A stretch of DNA of 56,426 nt from a virus (taxonomy: Duplodnaviria > Caudoviricetes): the IMG/VR virus record IMGVR_UViG_3300020408_000007, positions 1-56,426 of that record. One strand, given 5' to 3'. Each line of letters opens with the position of its first letter. Position 1 is the first letter of the stretch. The position numbers were made by a program, and so were the translations under genes. Shown here one piece after another: positions 45,084 through 54,564 of this stretch. Under the pieces are notes generated by a model. It was not told where the DNA came from. It made no database searches and worked only from the letters and a program-made list of their open reading frames with translations.

Positions 45084-45602
45084 TTATGCTTCCCTCATTT
45101 CAAGCGCAGCTTCTAAAGTCTCTTCGTTGCGACGCAGCCAACCTTTACCAAAGGTATCAAAAGTTTTCAAAGAGCGATAGTAGTCCGCACGGTTTTTTGC
45201 CAGTGCATTTAATAGGACAACCGTGTCTGTGTCCTTAATACGAGCCATTGTCCGTGGTCCGATAACGCCGTCCTCTTTGGCCCCAACCAAGGACTGTAAC
45301 ACACGGGCGGGGCGTCCTGGTCCGCTGTTCACGGCCCAATCAAAAGTGGCTAAGTCTAACCCTGTATCAAGCTCGTCTGCCATGACACGATCCCAATAGT
45401 TCTTTTTATAAATTTCCTGCACATGCTCTTCGGAAATGTTCTTCAGTTCATCTACATCTTCCAAGGGACGACCCAAAAACTCTGCATAAGTTTTGTGTGT
45501 TATGCCCTTGTTGGTTGCGCCACCGGGGTCGCTAGGATGATCCACAAATCCTCCTTCGTGGTGAAGTATCAAGCTTAAACTGTAAAAGAAGTTTGCTTCC
45601 AT
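45084..45602 (-). CDS. Endolysin, glycoside hydrolase family 108
   Basis: HEGGFVDHPSDPGGATNKGIT, FDWAVNSG, FGKGWLRR. Confidence 0.9.
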   Translation of the reverse strand: MEANFFYSLSLILHHEGGFVDHPSDPGGATNKGITHKTYAEFLGRPLEDVDELKNISEEHVQEIYKKNYWDRVMADELDTGLDLATFDWAVNSGPGRPARVLQSLVGAKEDGVIGPRTMARIKDTDTVVLLNALAKNRADYYRSLKTFDTFGKGWLRRNEETLEAALEMREA

Positions 45603-48600
45603 TAGGTTCGCCTCGCAGCTAACAAGCTTGTAATTCCATCACCGGGAAAAGCTGCAGCCATTTGAGTTCTTAAATTCGGGTTGGCAGGTGCCTGCGCCAG
45701 AATACCCGCTGAAGGGGTTCGAACAGGCATCGGCGCAGGCGTAGGCACCCTGGGAGGAGGGGGTGCCATGCTTACAGGTCCAATAGTAAAGTCATCGAGA
45801 TTGTCCATCAAGAAATCTCTTTGTTCACTAACCCCGCCTTTAGCGGCGTCTCGTCCCTGTTGTATTATTGCTTCATCAGCCTCACCCGTAGGCTCCTCTT
45901 CAAAAGCAACAGTTATGCCTGCGTTAATTAAGTAATTTTTCAAAGCTTTTGTTGCGGCTTTTGCTTGTGCTTCGGTTTTTGTCTCTCTTAGTAAAAGCAC
46001 CATAAGTTTGGGGTCAAGCACAGCCTGTTCCAACAGATTTGCGTTTGCAGCTCCGGGGATAGAGTTTAGGAACTGGTCTGCTGCGGCTGCACCGACATTT
46101 GCTTCAACAATACCTTGTGGCCTTAACCCAGCAAATCTAGCCGCCCCTGTCGCAAGGCTGGAACCAGAAATTTTTGCAACCGCGCGGGTCAATAAACCGG
46201 GCATGTCTTGAACAACGTCTTTCAAACTTGTTGCCGTCGTCGTTTGTAGTTTCTCTCCTTGTTTCAAAATATACTCAAGCCTGTCTAATTCAGCTTCACT
46301 AAACACACCTTTTCTTTTTAACAAGGTTGCTAAGCTCTCCCTGTTAGCTACACGAGGCCCTGCGCCCCCAACACCTGGAATTTGTCCGGGGCCCGTTTCT
46401 GTAGGTGTTTGGACGGTCGGGCTTGCTTTACCTTTTATCATTGGGCCAAACACAAATTGTCTGGCGGCACGGAAGTCGGGTATGCCATCAGCGTGTAACC
46501 CGCCCTCAACCTGCACCAAATCGAGAAACACTGACTTCAATCCCTTAACCGCGTCTTCTGGCTCAAGGCCCTCTGCTCTCAGCATTTCCACAACTTCATC
46601 ATTTGTATTTGCGCGAAGAACGGAATCAATCAAACCCTCAGTCAGTTTAGAAGGATTGGTATTATTGCTTACTGCCTCACTAAAAGCCAACGTAGGATTG
46701 TCGTCAGTGATTAAACGAGATACTAACGCCCGTTGTTGGGTCTCTTTTTTGAATTTTGCTACAATTCCAGGATCATTAAGCATCTTTACAGCAGTTTCAA
46801 ATTGCCTGCCGTTTTCAAGCATCTCTCGTAACTGAGGATAGAGCTGCAAAATATCATCATTTTCTTGTATAAATTTTTGAGCTGCTTCAGGCACAATACG
46901 CCCGTTTGCGTCCAAAACGCCATAATTCGGATGACGAGCGGCATAAGAGACAGCTTGAAATAAAGATTGACTTAAGCCTTGTTGTTGAGCCTCGCCAAAT
47001 ATTTCTTCATCTGAAATTTGTAATTCTAGGGGAATGTCTAACTCTTCAATTTGGTCTTGAATAAATGTTTTTGTATCTTCTAAATCTCTAAACTTCATAG
47101 TTCTAGCGTTGATACTACCGCCCATCAAAAAGTCAGGTATTAATTCTTCTCTTACGCGCAGGCCACCTTCCTTTGTTTTTTCTAATAGGTCGCCTGCAAA
47201 AGTGCGATTGAAAGCACTTTTTTTAGCGCGAGTAAATGCCCGTGCTCTTTGGTAAGAATCATCGCTTCCCAAAACAATGCCTTCTAAATCATCAATTGCC
47301 TCTTTTAATTCTCGTAACGGTTTTGATTGTCCGTATAGACCGTCTTTTTCAAGCCTTCTAATTTCATCATTTATTGTTGTGCGAAGTTTCTTTGTATCTT
47401 TTGTAGTAATAGACTCTGGTGATTCAAACTCTTCTTCAGGTTTACTTATTTGTCTTTGATTTTCAGACATTGCTTTCGACCGACGGATGCGAGCATTAGC
47501 TGCCCTTTCTGCAAGCTTTAAATCTTCTGATTTATCGCCAGCTCTACGACGTTGTGCAATGTAATCAAGAACTTGATAATCTTGCGACGGACGAACAAAA
47601 GGACCATCATCTAACTGTGATATTCCCCTTATTCTTAAATCTTCAGGAGAGTTTACTATTCCAAGAATGCGTTCATATGCTTTTTCAGTTAATGGGGGTA
47701 AATTATCTAAAGCTCTTTGAGCAGCTATAACCTCTTTACTGTCTGCGGTAATTAAATTTCTACCACTTTTAACTTCAAAAGCAGCTAAAGCTTGTCTGAC
47801 ATTAGATGGAAAATCTTGTGTTGTTAGAAAAAATTCCTCTTTTATACCAGAAATACTCTCTTTTAGATTGTCTAGTTGCTTAAAGGGTATATCGACGGTC
47901 GGGGTGGCGTTCCAAAGGTTTTTTTCTTGTTTTAAAATTGATTCAACAAGTCCGTCTATTCTTACTTTGATGCCCCTACCAATAATAGAAAAATCGTTTG
48001 ACCCCAAAGCTGCAGCGGCGTTTCTAGCTTGTTCGTTAGCCGTGGTCAGTTGTCTTGAAATCATGTCTTTGTATAAATCTTCACGTATTTGTTGGGCAAG
48101 CACTAGTGATGCGGGGTCACCCTCTTCTCGTAAGGCACCCACCAACCTCATGTAAAAGTTTACTTGCTCTTCATACGCATCCATCAACTTTAAATCTAAC
48201 TTGCTCGTGCCGCTGTTAGCTTGTTTTGCGTAGTTCTCCAACATTCCAAAAATCGGGTCGTCTGTAAGACCTGCGACTGTCAGACTTGGCATCTCCTCGC
48301 CATCCAAAAGTTCTCTTGCAAAAGCAGGCAATCTTCCATCTGGCCCAATTTGAGCTTCAATTGCATTTGCTATTTCATTAGGATCACGACCTGTATCTCT
48401 CAACAGTTTTTGTAATTTTAAACCAAAAGAAGTTTGCCTAGCGGTGGTTTCACCGTAGTTTCTAAATTTGTTAGTGATTGTTCCTATATTATTTAAAAGT
48501 ATTCCTGCAGGCGTTTTGGTAATGATAAAGCCCCCAGCCAATTCACCACCAGCGACAGACATGGGGTCTCCTTGGCTTGCAATGTCCCCTACACCTGCTC

Positions 48601-49399
48601 CTACACCTGCTCCTGTAAGCATTGATGTTTCAGAACTAAGAAATTTTCCACGGTCATTACGAGCAGATCTACCAACTTGTTGAGCAGTTTTGCCAAGAAA
48701 TTCAACTGTTTTTCCCGGTAAAAGCAAGGGCGGATATAGTTGACCAGCTTTTCGAATGTTTTCAGATAACAGGAACCCACCAAAATCTTTGGTAGAGTCT
48801 CCGATAAATCTTGCCCCAAATATAAAAGGACCACCTGACCCCATAGACTTACCCATTGCTTCAGCAAATCTGTTTTGTGGCAATCGTGTGCCCTGTTTGT
48901 CTAAAATTTGAAATCTTTCGGCTGCACTCACAAGAGGTTCACCGAATGTATTTGTAGCCCCAATCGCTCCAAACAAAGATGCTATAGGAATAAGAGGAGC
49001 TTTAACATTTGGGGGTATAGGTGCTTTTGCCACTCCCTTGCCAACAGTAAATGCTCCAGCAACCATTGGACCTCCAGTTTCAAGAACTCCCCTGATTAAA
49101 CCATCAGTAAAAGCATTGATAGTTCCTGGTTTTGCGGCATTTGTATAAGCATATAAAAAATTTCCGGGGTCTACTGGTCTTCCTTTATCATCTTTCAATG
49201 GAAGATCGATATTAAAGTTGTCTGCAACTGCTGCAACAATGGCATCTTGGGGTATGCCCGCCGCATAAAGCGCATCATAATCTAAATCAATCGCATCAGA
49301 TTCCTTTTGAGTATCTACAGGACCAAACGGGTTAAAGTTAGCACTTACCCATTCTGAGAAGGATAGATTTTGATTTGGTTGAGCAGTTTGTGTCGTCAT
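45602..49399 (-). CDS. Large internal virion (ejection) protein
   Basis: 1265 aa, helical, Gly/Ala-rich N-terminal region; position after tail genes. Confidence 0.55.
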   Translation of the reverse strand: MTTQTAQPNQNLSFSEWVSANFNPFGPVDTQKESDAIDLDYDALYAAGIPQDAIVAAVADNFNIDLPLKDDKGRPVDPGNFLYAYTNAAKPGTINAFTDGLIRGVLETGGPMVAGAFTVGKGVAKAPIPPNVKAPLIPIASLFGAIGATNTFGEPLVSAAERFQILDKQGTRLPQNRFAEAMGKSMGSGGPFIFGARFIGDSTKDFGGFLLSENIRKAGQLYPPLLLPGKTVEFLGKTAQQVGRSARNDRGKFLSSETSMLTGAGVGAGVGDIASQGDPMSVAGGELAGGFIITKTPAGILLNNIGTITNKFRNYGETTARQTSFGLKLQKLLRDTGRDPNEIANAIEAQIGPDGRLPAFARELLDGEEMPSLTVAGLTDDPIFGMLENYAKQANSGTSKLDLKLMDAYEEQVNFYMRLVGALREEGDPASLVLAQQIREDLYKDMISRQLTTANEQARNAAAALGSNDFSIIGRGIKVRIDGLVESILKQEKNLWNATPTVDIPFKQLDNLKESISGIKEEFFLTTQDFPSNVRQALAAFEVKSGRNLITADSKEVIAAQRALDNLPPLTEKAYERILGIVNSPEDLRIRGISQLDDGPFVRPSQDYQVLDYIAQRRRAGDKSEDLKLAERAANARIRRSKAMSENQRQISKPEEEFESPESITTKDTKKLRTTINDEIRRLEKDGLYGQSKPLRELKEAIDDLEGIVLGSDDSYQRARAFTRAKKSAFNRTFAGDLLEKTKEGGLRVREELIPDFLMGGSINARTMKFRDLEDTKTFIQDQIEELDIPLELQISDEEIFGEAQQQGLSQSLFQAVSYAARHPNYGVLDANGRIVPEAAQKFIQENDDILQLYPQLREMLENGRQFETAVKMLNDPGIVAKFKKETQQRALVSRLITDDNPTLAFSEAVSNNTNPSKLTEGLIDSVLRANTNDEVVEMLRAEGLEPEDAVKGLKSVFLDLVQVEGGLHADGIPDFRAARQFVFGPMIKGKASPTVQTPTETGPGQIPGVGGAGPRVANRESLATLLKRKGVFSEAELDRLEYILKQGEKLQTTTATSLKDVVQDMPGLLTRAVAKISGSSLATGAARFAGLRPQGIVEANVGAAAADQFLNSIPGAANANLLEQAVLDPKLMVLLLRETKTEAQAKAATKALKNYLINAGITVAFEEEPTGEADEAIIQQGRDAAKGGVSEQRDFLMDNLDDFTIGPVSMAPPPPRVPTPAPMPVRTPSAGILAQAPANPNLRTQMAAAFPGDGITSLLAARRT

Positions 49400-52071
49400 T
49401 AAAAATCCCCGAGAGGTTGGGTATTTCGTCTCAACTGGTTAGCACTGCCTTGCTTTTGTCCCGTGAGACCAAAGTTGTCAGCTAATTGAGACCAATTAGA
49501 TTGCAATTGAGTTAACTCACGGATGCTGTCCTTTAAACGCTCAACCCGGTCTTGGCTTGTTAATGGGTCGGCTAAAGCGGACTCTTTCAAATCAATAGCA
49601 TCCTGCAGTCTTGCAGTCATTTTTTCAGAATTTAAACGAACTTTTTGCGTAGTTAAAAACGGACTGCCGGGATTAAATAACAGACTACTTATTTCTCGTC
49701 TAAGTCCTTCAGAATCTTTGCCAGCTAATTCTTTTAAGGCAGCAGTCTTAGTTTGATTCATGAGATAATTCATGCTTTCTACGGCCTCTGCTGATTCAGG
49801 ATTCTTGGGAATAAAGTTTCCGCCGAAAGCTTCTACAAGTACACCAAAACCACCATCAACTAGAGTTCTTCCCATCCAATCAGTAAAACCAATGGCGTCT
49901 TCCATATTAACACCAGATTCTTCTGCGCTTAAAATAATATTTGGTTTTTTAAAGCGGGCGACAACTGACTCAAAAGGGTCAGTTTGAGGCGGCAAGAGCC
50001 CATAATCTGAGAAGTTGGGGTCTTTCTGTCTTGCTTTAGCAATAGCACCAATCACATAATCAGGCACTGCATTTTTCTGTACAACTACACCGCCACTTCC
50101 ATCAGGGTTGGGGACTAGAACGCTTGATGACTGTATTGCTGCCAAATTAGTATCAAAATCCATTTGCATCTGTGGGGTCCACTCTTGGTCCTGCCCACTT
50201 GCCCAAGCGTCCAATTTTAATGCAAGAGGTTGAATATTGGCGTAAGCGTTCTTTTTAGTAACGTCCTTACTTGGTTTTTCTGGTAAATAATATGCCCCGC
50301 CAGTTTGATCAGGATTGAGAGCTGCTAACATTTCAGCATCGTTTTTAACTAACTTCATTTCACCTGCTTCATTAAACATGGGCAGAGGGTCAAAGTTGCT
50401 TGCAACAATAACGCTACCTGTTGGGAACAGCGCAACAGCTTTGTTGCCCAAAGTCTTTATCATATCCTTATTGAATGGAAAGAAGTCCTGTTGAATAAAC
50501 TGATTGTATTCATCTGGAGTTTTTGCGTATTTCTTTTCAAATCCAGTTCCGTCAGCTTTTGGCTTCACAAGCACTGTAGTTACGAAGTCTTCAGGTGTAA
50601 TGGTAGAAAAGCCTTGGGCATTGAAATTATTTAAATCACCTTCAGTGAAGGCAATTTTCTCTTCCCGTTTGCCGTCATCACCAATTTTAAACATAGCCTT
50701 TGGAGTTGAAAGTTTACCTCTATCATAATTGGTGCGACTGACGAGTGAAGTCCGTCTGGTTTTCAACGTCTTTAACTCGTCTGTGCTCATGGGCGGTATG
50801 GCGTCTCCAGCGTTATAAACTTTGCCGCCTATTGTTACAGGCTCAGACGCAATTAAGTCACTTGTTATAGGAGAGGTATCCTCTTTCACAAGCTTGAATA
50901 AAGTTCTTGAAGTACCTAAAGAGCTTAGTTCATTAGACCCAAGGCTTATCTCGTCTCCAGGGTTTATTGTTCCAATTCCTGGAAGAGTTAAGGGCTCCTC
51001 GCCTTCGTATTTATATTCGGCCTGTGCCCCAGCAGCTTGAGGTTTTGGAGGGTCTTTTACTTCTTTTAATTGCGTTCTTATAGACTTGAATACAGTGTTT
51101 AACTCATTTCCTCCAATTGGAAAGGTCTGACCCGGCTGTATAGTTCCTACACCAGGAATATCAGCGGGTTCTTTGCCTTCGTATCTGTAATCTTTAGTTG
51201 TGCCTGCACCAAGCGGTTTTTGAGGTTTTGGTGTGCCATCTTGTATTTTTATGCCACCCCGAAATACATCATATTCAGGATTAACCGCTTCTATCTTTTG
51301 AGACGCTGTATACTGATCGCTTGCCATGTCCAGAGCAGCGGCTTTAGCAGCAGCTTCACGCTTATTCTTTGCTTCTCTTACCGAAGCACCAGAAGTAGCC
51401 AATAAGGGACCAATAGGCATCAAGGCTTCTGCAACGGGAACTCCTTGTGCTATTTGCAATCCTGCAGGGGCTAAACCTCCTAACAGAAGGTTAGCCAACG
51501 CCTGTTTTCTGTCTGCCTCTTCATCCCCGCCGTAAATCTGACGAGCTAACTCTAAGTTTTTATTATAAAAATCCATTAGCTTAGGAGAAGAGGGGGCAGC
51601 TTTACCCCTTCCGCCTGCCATGCCCTGCTGTATTGCGTTCATCAAAGGCTGCGTTATTGTCTGGGCTTGACCCCCGTTACTAAACTTTTGCACGATACCT
51701 TGTGTCATCTCCTTGGTCACAGGAGTGTCCATAGCCCGTTGCGCTATTTGACCAATACCTTGGTCAACAGGGGCCTGTGCCTCACGCATCTGCATTACAG
51801 GCTGTACCAACGTAACCACAGATTCAGGTGTCTTGTTAGCGTCCTTCATGCCCACAATGCCGCCAAGCTCCTGCCTGCGCTCCTTCATGGTGCGCTCATC
51901 ACCGCGCATCGCGTTCATTAATTCTACAGGGTCCTTTGCTGCAGCAATGCCGCCCATTGCGTCAGACATGACTTTTTCGCCAGCCTTTTTCATCAGCATT
52001 TGCTCTGCTTGCTTTACTGGCTGATCCGTGGGCCGTGAGCCGCGAAACATGTTTCTGTCATAAACAGACAT
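49399..52071 (-). CDS. Internal virion protein with repeats
   Basis: MSVYDRNMF start, AKTPESV-like motif, repeated beta modules. Confidence 0.5.
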   Translation of the reverse strand: MSVYDRNMFRGSRPTDQPVKQAEQMLMKKAGEKVMSDAMGGIAAAKDPVELMNAMRGDERTMKERRQELGGIVGMKDANKTPESVVTLVQPVMQMREAQAPVDQGIGQIAQRAMDTPVTKEMTQGIVQKFSNGGQAQTITQPLMNAIQQGMAGGRGKAAPSSPKLMDFYNKNLELARQIYGGDEEADRKQALANLLLGGLAPAGLQIAQGVPVAEALMPIGPLLATSGASVREAKNKREAAAKAAALDMASDQYTASQKIEAVNPEYDVFRGGIKIQDGTPKPQKPLGAGTTKDYRYEGKEPADIPGVGTIQPGQTFPIGGNELNTVFKSIRTQLKEVKDPPKPQAAGAQAEYKYEGEEPLTLPGIGTINPGDEISLGSNELSSLGTSRTLFKLVKEDTSPITSDLIASEPVTIGGKVYNAGDAIPPMSTDELKTLKTRRTSLVSRTNYDRGKLSTPKAMFKIGDDGKREEKIAFTEGDLNNFNAQGFSTITPEDFVTTVLVKPKADGTGFEKKYAKTPDEYNQFIQQDFFPFNKDMIKTLGNKAVALFPTGSVIVASNFDPLPMFNEAGEMKLVKNDAEMLAALNPDQTGGAYYLPEKPSKDVTKKNAYANIQPLALKLDAWASGQDQEWTPQMQMDFDTNLAAIQSSSVLVPNPDGSGGVVVQKNAVPDYVIGAIAKARQKDPNFSDYGLLPPQTDPFESVVARFKKPNIILSAEESGVNMEDAIGFTDWMGRTLVDGGFGVLVEAFGGNFIPKNPESAEAVESMNYLMNQTKTAALKELAGKDSEGLRREISSLLFNPGSPFLTTQKVRLNSEKMTARLQDAIDLKESALADPLTSQDRVERLKDSIRELTQLQSNWSQLADNFGLTGQKQGSANQLRRNTQPLGDF

Positions 52072-52895
52072 TATCCAAATAACCCTAACTGATTAGCACC
52101 TGACGCGGCAGACAAACCTGCAATACCATAACCAAACAATTGTTGCATTGGGCTCGCTTCATTAGGAGCAGTGCCGTCTGTAAAAGTCATTGCGCTACTT
52201 GGTGCGCCTTGATAAATGTCAGATAAGAACCCAATTCGTTGGTAAGGCTCCATCATTTGTTGTGTTTGGGTTTGACGCAAAGTATCAAATTCGGCTTGGT
52301 TCTGTGCCTGTTCCCTTGCACCTAAATCAAATTGGAAGCCTATGCCGCTTTGGTCTGCGCCCTGTTGAACTTGCCCTAAACTTGCAATGCCTGTAGCAGC
52401 TTGACCCAAACGATTCAAAGCATCGTTATACCCTTGTGAGCGGAGCTTTGCCCCCAAATCTCCAGCATCTCTCGCAGCTTCTGCAGCAAGAACGCCCTGT
52501 AGCAAGGCTCCACGAGCACCGCCATAAGCCCCTTGGCCCATTGCTGCGTCTTCAAACTGCTTGGACTGTTGTCTGGCTTGATCAAAAATATCTTGTTGAG
52601 ACCTTTGAATTACTTCGCCAACGTAAGGGTCCATAGCGGCTTGTATTGCTGCGGGGTCTGCACCAACGGTGGCTGCAAGGTAATCTCTAGCTAAATCAAA
52701 ATCTGCTGTCGGGTCGAACATGGTGTCGCCCCGCCGCAAAGCTTCTTTTTGCAGATCAGTTAGCCCAGCAATTTCATAATCAGGTAAATCTAATTGAATG
52801 TCAGCTAATTCTTTAGCTGAGTCCAACAACCCAAGTTTACGAGCCTCTATCTCAGGAGATTCCTGTGTTATTTGCCTTATTGTTTGTGAAGACAT
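52071..52895 (-). CDS. Internal virion / DNA transfer protein
   Basis: PEIEARKLGLL, MDPY, GAYGGAR, EPYQRIGFLSDIYQGAP. Confidence 0.55.
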   Translation of the reverse strand: MSSQTIRQITQESPEIEARKLGLLDSAKELADIQLDLPDYEIAGLTDLQKEALRRGDTMFDPTADFDLARDYLAATVGADPAAIQAAMDPYVGEVIQRSQQDIFDQARQQSKQFEDAAMGQGAYGGARGALLQGVLAAEAARDAGDLGAKLRSQGYNDALNRLGQAATGIASLGQVQQGADQSGIGFQFDLGAREQAQNQAEFDTLRQTQTQQMMEPYQRIGFLSDIYQGAPSSAMTFTDGTAPNEASPMQQLFGYGIAGLSAASGANQLGLFG

Positions 52896-54340
52896 TATGC
52901 TCTAGCCTCTAAATTACGCATTAAACCATACATATTATCTATGCCTTTATCTATACTCCCCCCACCCGCAGCTCTTACAGCATCACGAGTCATTACAAAC
53001 TCTCCGTCCATCAACATAGCAGGCACGTCATCTTTTGTGCCGGACCCTTCTCCAGGCCCAATTCCACCGTTACGACGCGGAAAGTAGTCAACTTCCCCGC
53101 CATCTTTAAAATTCATCATTGGCATAAAGGGGCGTCCTGCTGCCATAGCTCCAAGGCCTTTAAAAAGTGGCTCAGGGGCAGGGTCTCCATGTGTCGATGG
53201 CATGTTTCTACCCAACTGGCTCTCCATAGGTCGACCAAACTGATCCGTTCCAGACCCTGTATCCATTGGCATATACTGTGGAGTTGGAAAACCAAGAGAA
53301 GCCATGTCCCCCAAAGAAAGTTGAGGGGTCTGTGAGGAAGGTATTGCCATGTTATTGATAGGAGACATGCCTGTCATTATTCCAGACCCACCAGACCCAG
53401 TGGTGATACTACGCAGACCGTCTGCCATTTGTCTGCTTTGGTTAGATAAGTCCATCAAACCGCCAACCACGCCTCCTTGGGCATACTTTTTAGCAAGCTG
53501 AGGAGAAATCTTTTGTTGAACACCTTCAGGTAATTTAGAGAAACCTTTATATTTATCAGGAACTTTAGTGGAGCCCCCGTCTTCAAAGTTGCGAATGGAA
53601 GGTTTAAGAATGTCTTCCATCGTTGATCTATATGCGTAAGGGTCTAAATTCGCGACTCTAAACTGATCTGAATCCACTGTTTCAAGAGGGCTTAAACCTT
53701 CGCCTTCTTCCTCTTCCTCGCTGAATAGGGTCATCGCACCTAAACCTAACGCAGCAGGGACCCCAAAACGCTGGAGGACGCTTGGGTTAAGTTCTTTTTG
53801 CAACTCCGCCATAGCCTGCTTGTCGGTAGCTCCTGCAGCTATCTTATCTGCATAATTTTGCGACCCCCTAATGGCGTCAGCATCGTAGGTTTCAGGTAAC
53901 AAGTAACTTGTTTGTTTTTCAAGGGTTGGAAGCCCCAGACCTTCATCAGACGTAGCTGCTTCAAACGCTTGCGCTCTTCCTGCTTCCGTTTGAAGCGGGT
54001 CATATTCAAAAGGCTTTTGCGTACCACCTATTAAAGTGGAAGTGCTTTCACGCAAAGGACGAGAGAATACGCCTCTTGTAGCGTCAAAGTCAGCTCTTAA
54101 ATTATCTGCAAAACTTTTGTCGCCCATAAATCCTACTTTAAGAGCACCAATGCCCCCACCAAGGGCTGCAGACTTCAATGCGTCCTTTGCATCACCCCCC
54201 TGTAACAAGGTGCCAATGCCTGCACCAAGAGCACCAGATGCAACCGCACCCAATCCCGGTAGAAAGGCATTGATAGCTACAGGCAGTACAATTGGGGCTA
54301 CATCCCCAATAACATCTTTGATTTTATCGAAAAGACCCAT
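52895..54340 (-). CDS. Internal virion / pilot-like protein
   Basis: Hydrophobic Gly-rich N-terminus; C-terminal GSGTKDDVPAMLMDGEFVMTRDAVR. Confidence 0.55.
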   Translation of the reverse strand: MGLFDKIKDVIGDVAPIVLPVAINAFLPGLGAVASGALGAGIGTLLQGGDAKDALKSAALGGGIGALKVGFMGDKSFADNLRADFDATRGVFSRPLRESTSTLIGGTQKPFEYDPLQTEAGRAQAFEAATSDEGLGLPTLEKQTSYLLPETYDADAIRGSQNYADKIAAGATDKQAMAELQKELNPSVLQRFGVPAALGLGAMTLFSEEEEEGEGLSPLETVDSDQFRVANLDPYAYRSTMEDILKPSIRNFEDGGSTKVPDKYKGFSKLPEGVQQKISPQLAKKYAQGGVVGGLMDLSNQSRQMADGLRSITTGSGGSGIMTGMSPINNMAIPSSQTPQLSLGDMASLGFPTPQYMPMDTGSGTDQFGRPMESQLGRNMPSTHGDPAPEPLFKGLGAMAAGRPFMPMMNFKDGGEVDYFPRRNGGIGPGEGSGTKDDVPAMLMDGEFVMTRDAVRAAGGGSIDKGIDNMYGLMRNLEARA

Positions 54341-54564
54341 TATGCAACCTTTATTGTGCCACCATCATTATACAGTGCCCCTGTCTCAAGTCCAGTGGCA
54401 GACGTAGGTAAGTCAGTCAAAGTTATGGTAGAAGCTCTTATCGGTCCAGGATTACGCTCCTGCTCAATAAAAGTCTGTATTGCCCGCACCAAATCCACCA
54501 GGTAATTTTGTTCATATTCTGGCGGTGGTTCAGGTAATCTTGGTGGCGGTTGAGTGCTTGCCAT
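54340..54564 (-). CDS. Small virion protein
   Basis: PRLPEPPPEY...LPTSATGLETGALYNDGGTIKV. Confidence 0.55.
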   Translation of the reverse strand: MASTQPPPRLPEPPPEYEQNYLVDLVRAIQTFIEQERNPGPIRASTITLTDLPTSATGLETGALYNDGGTIKVA

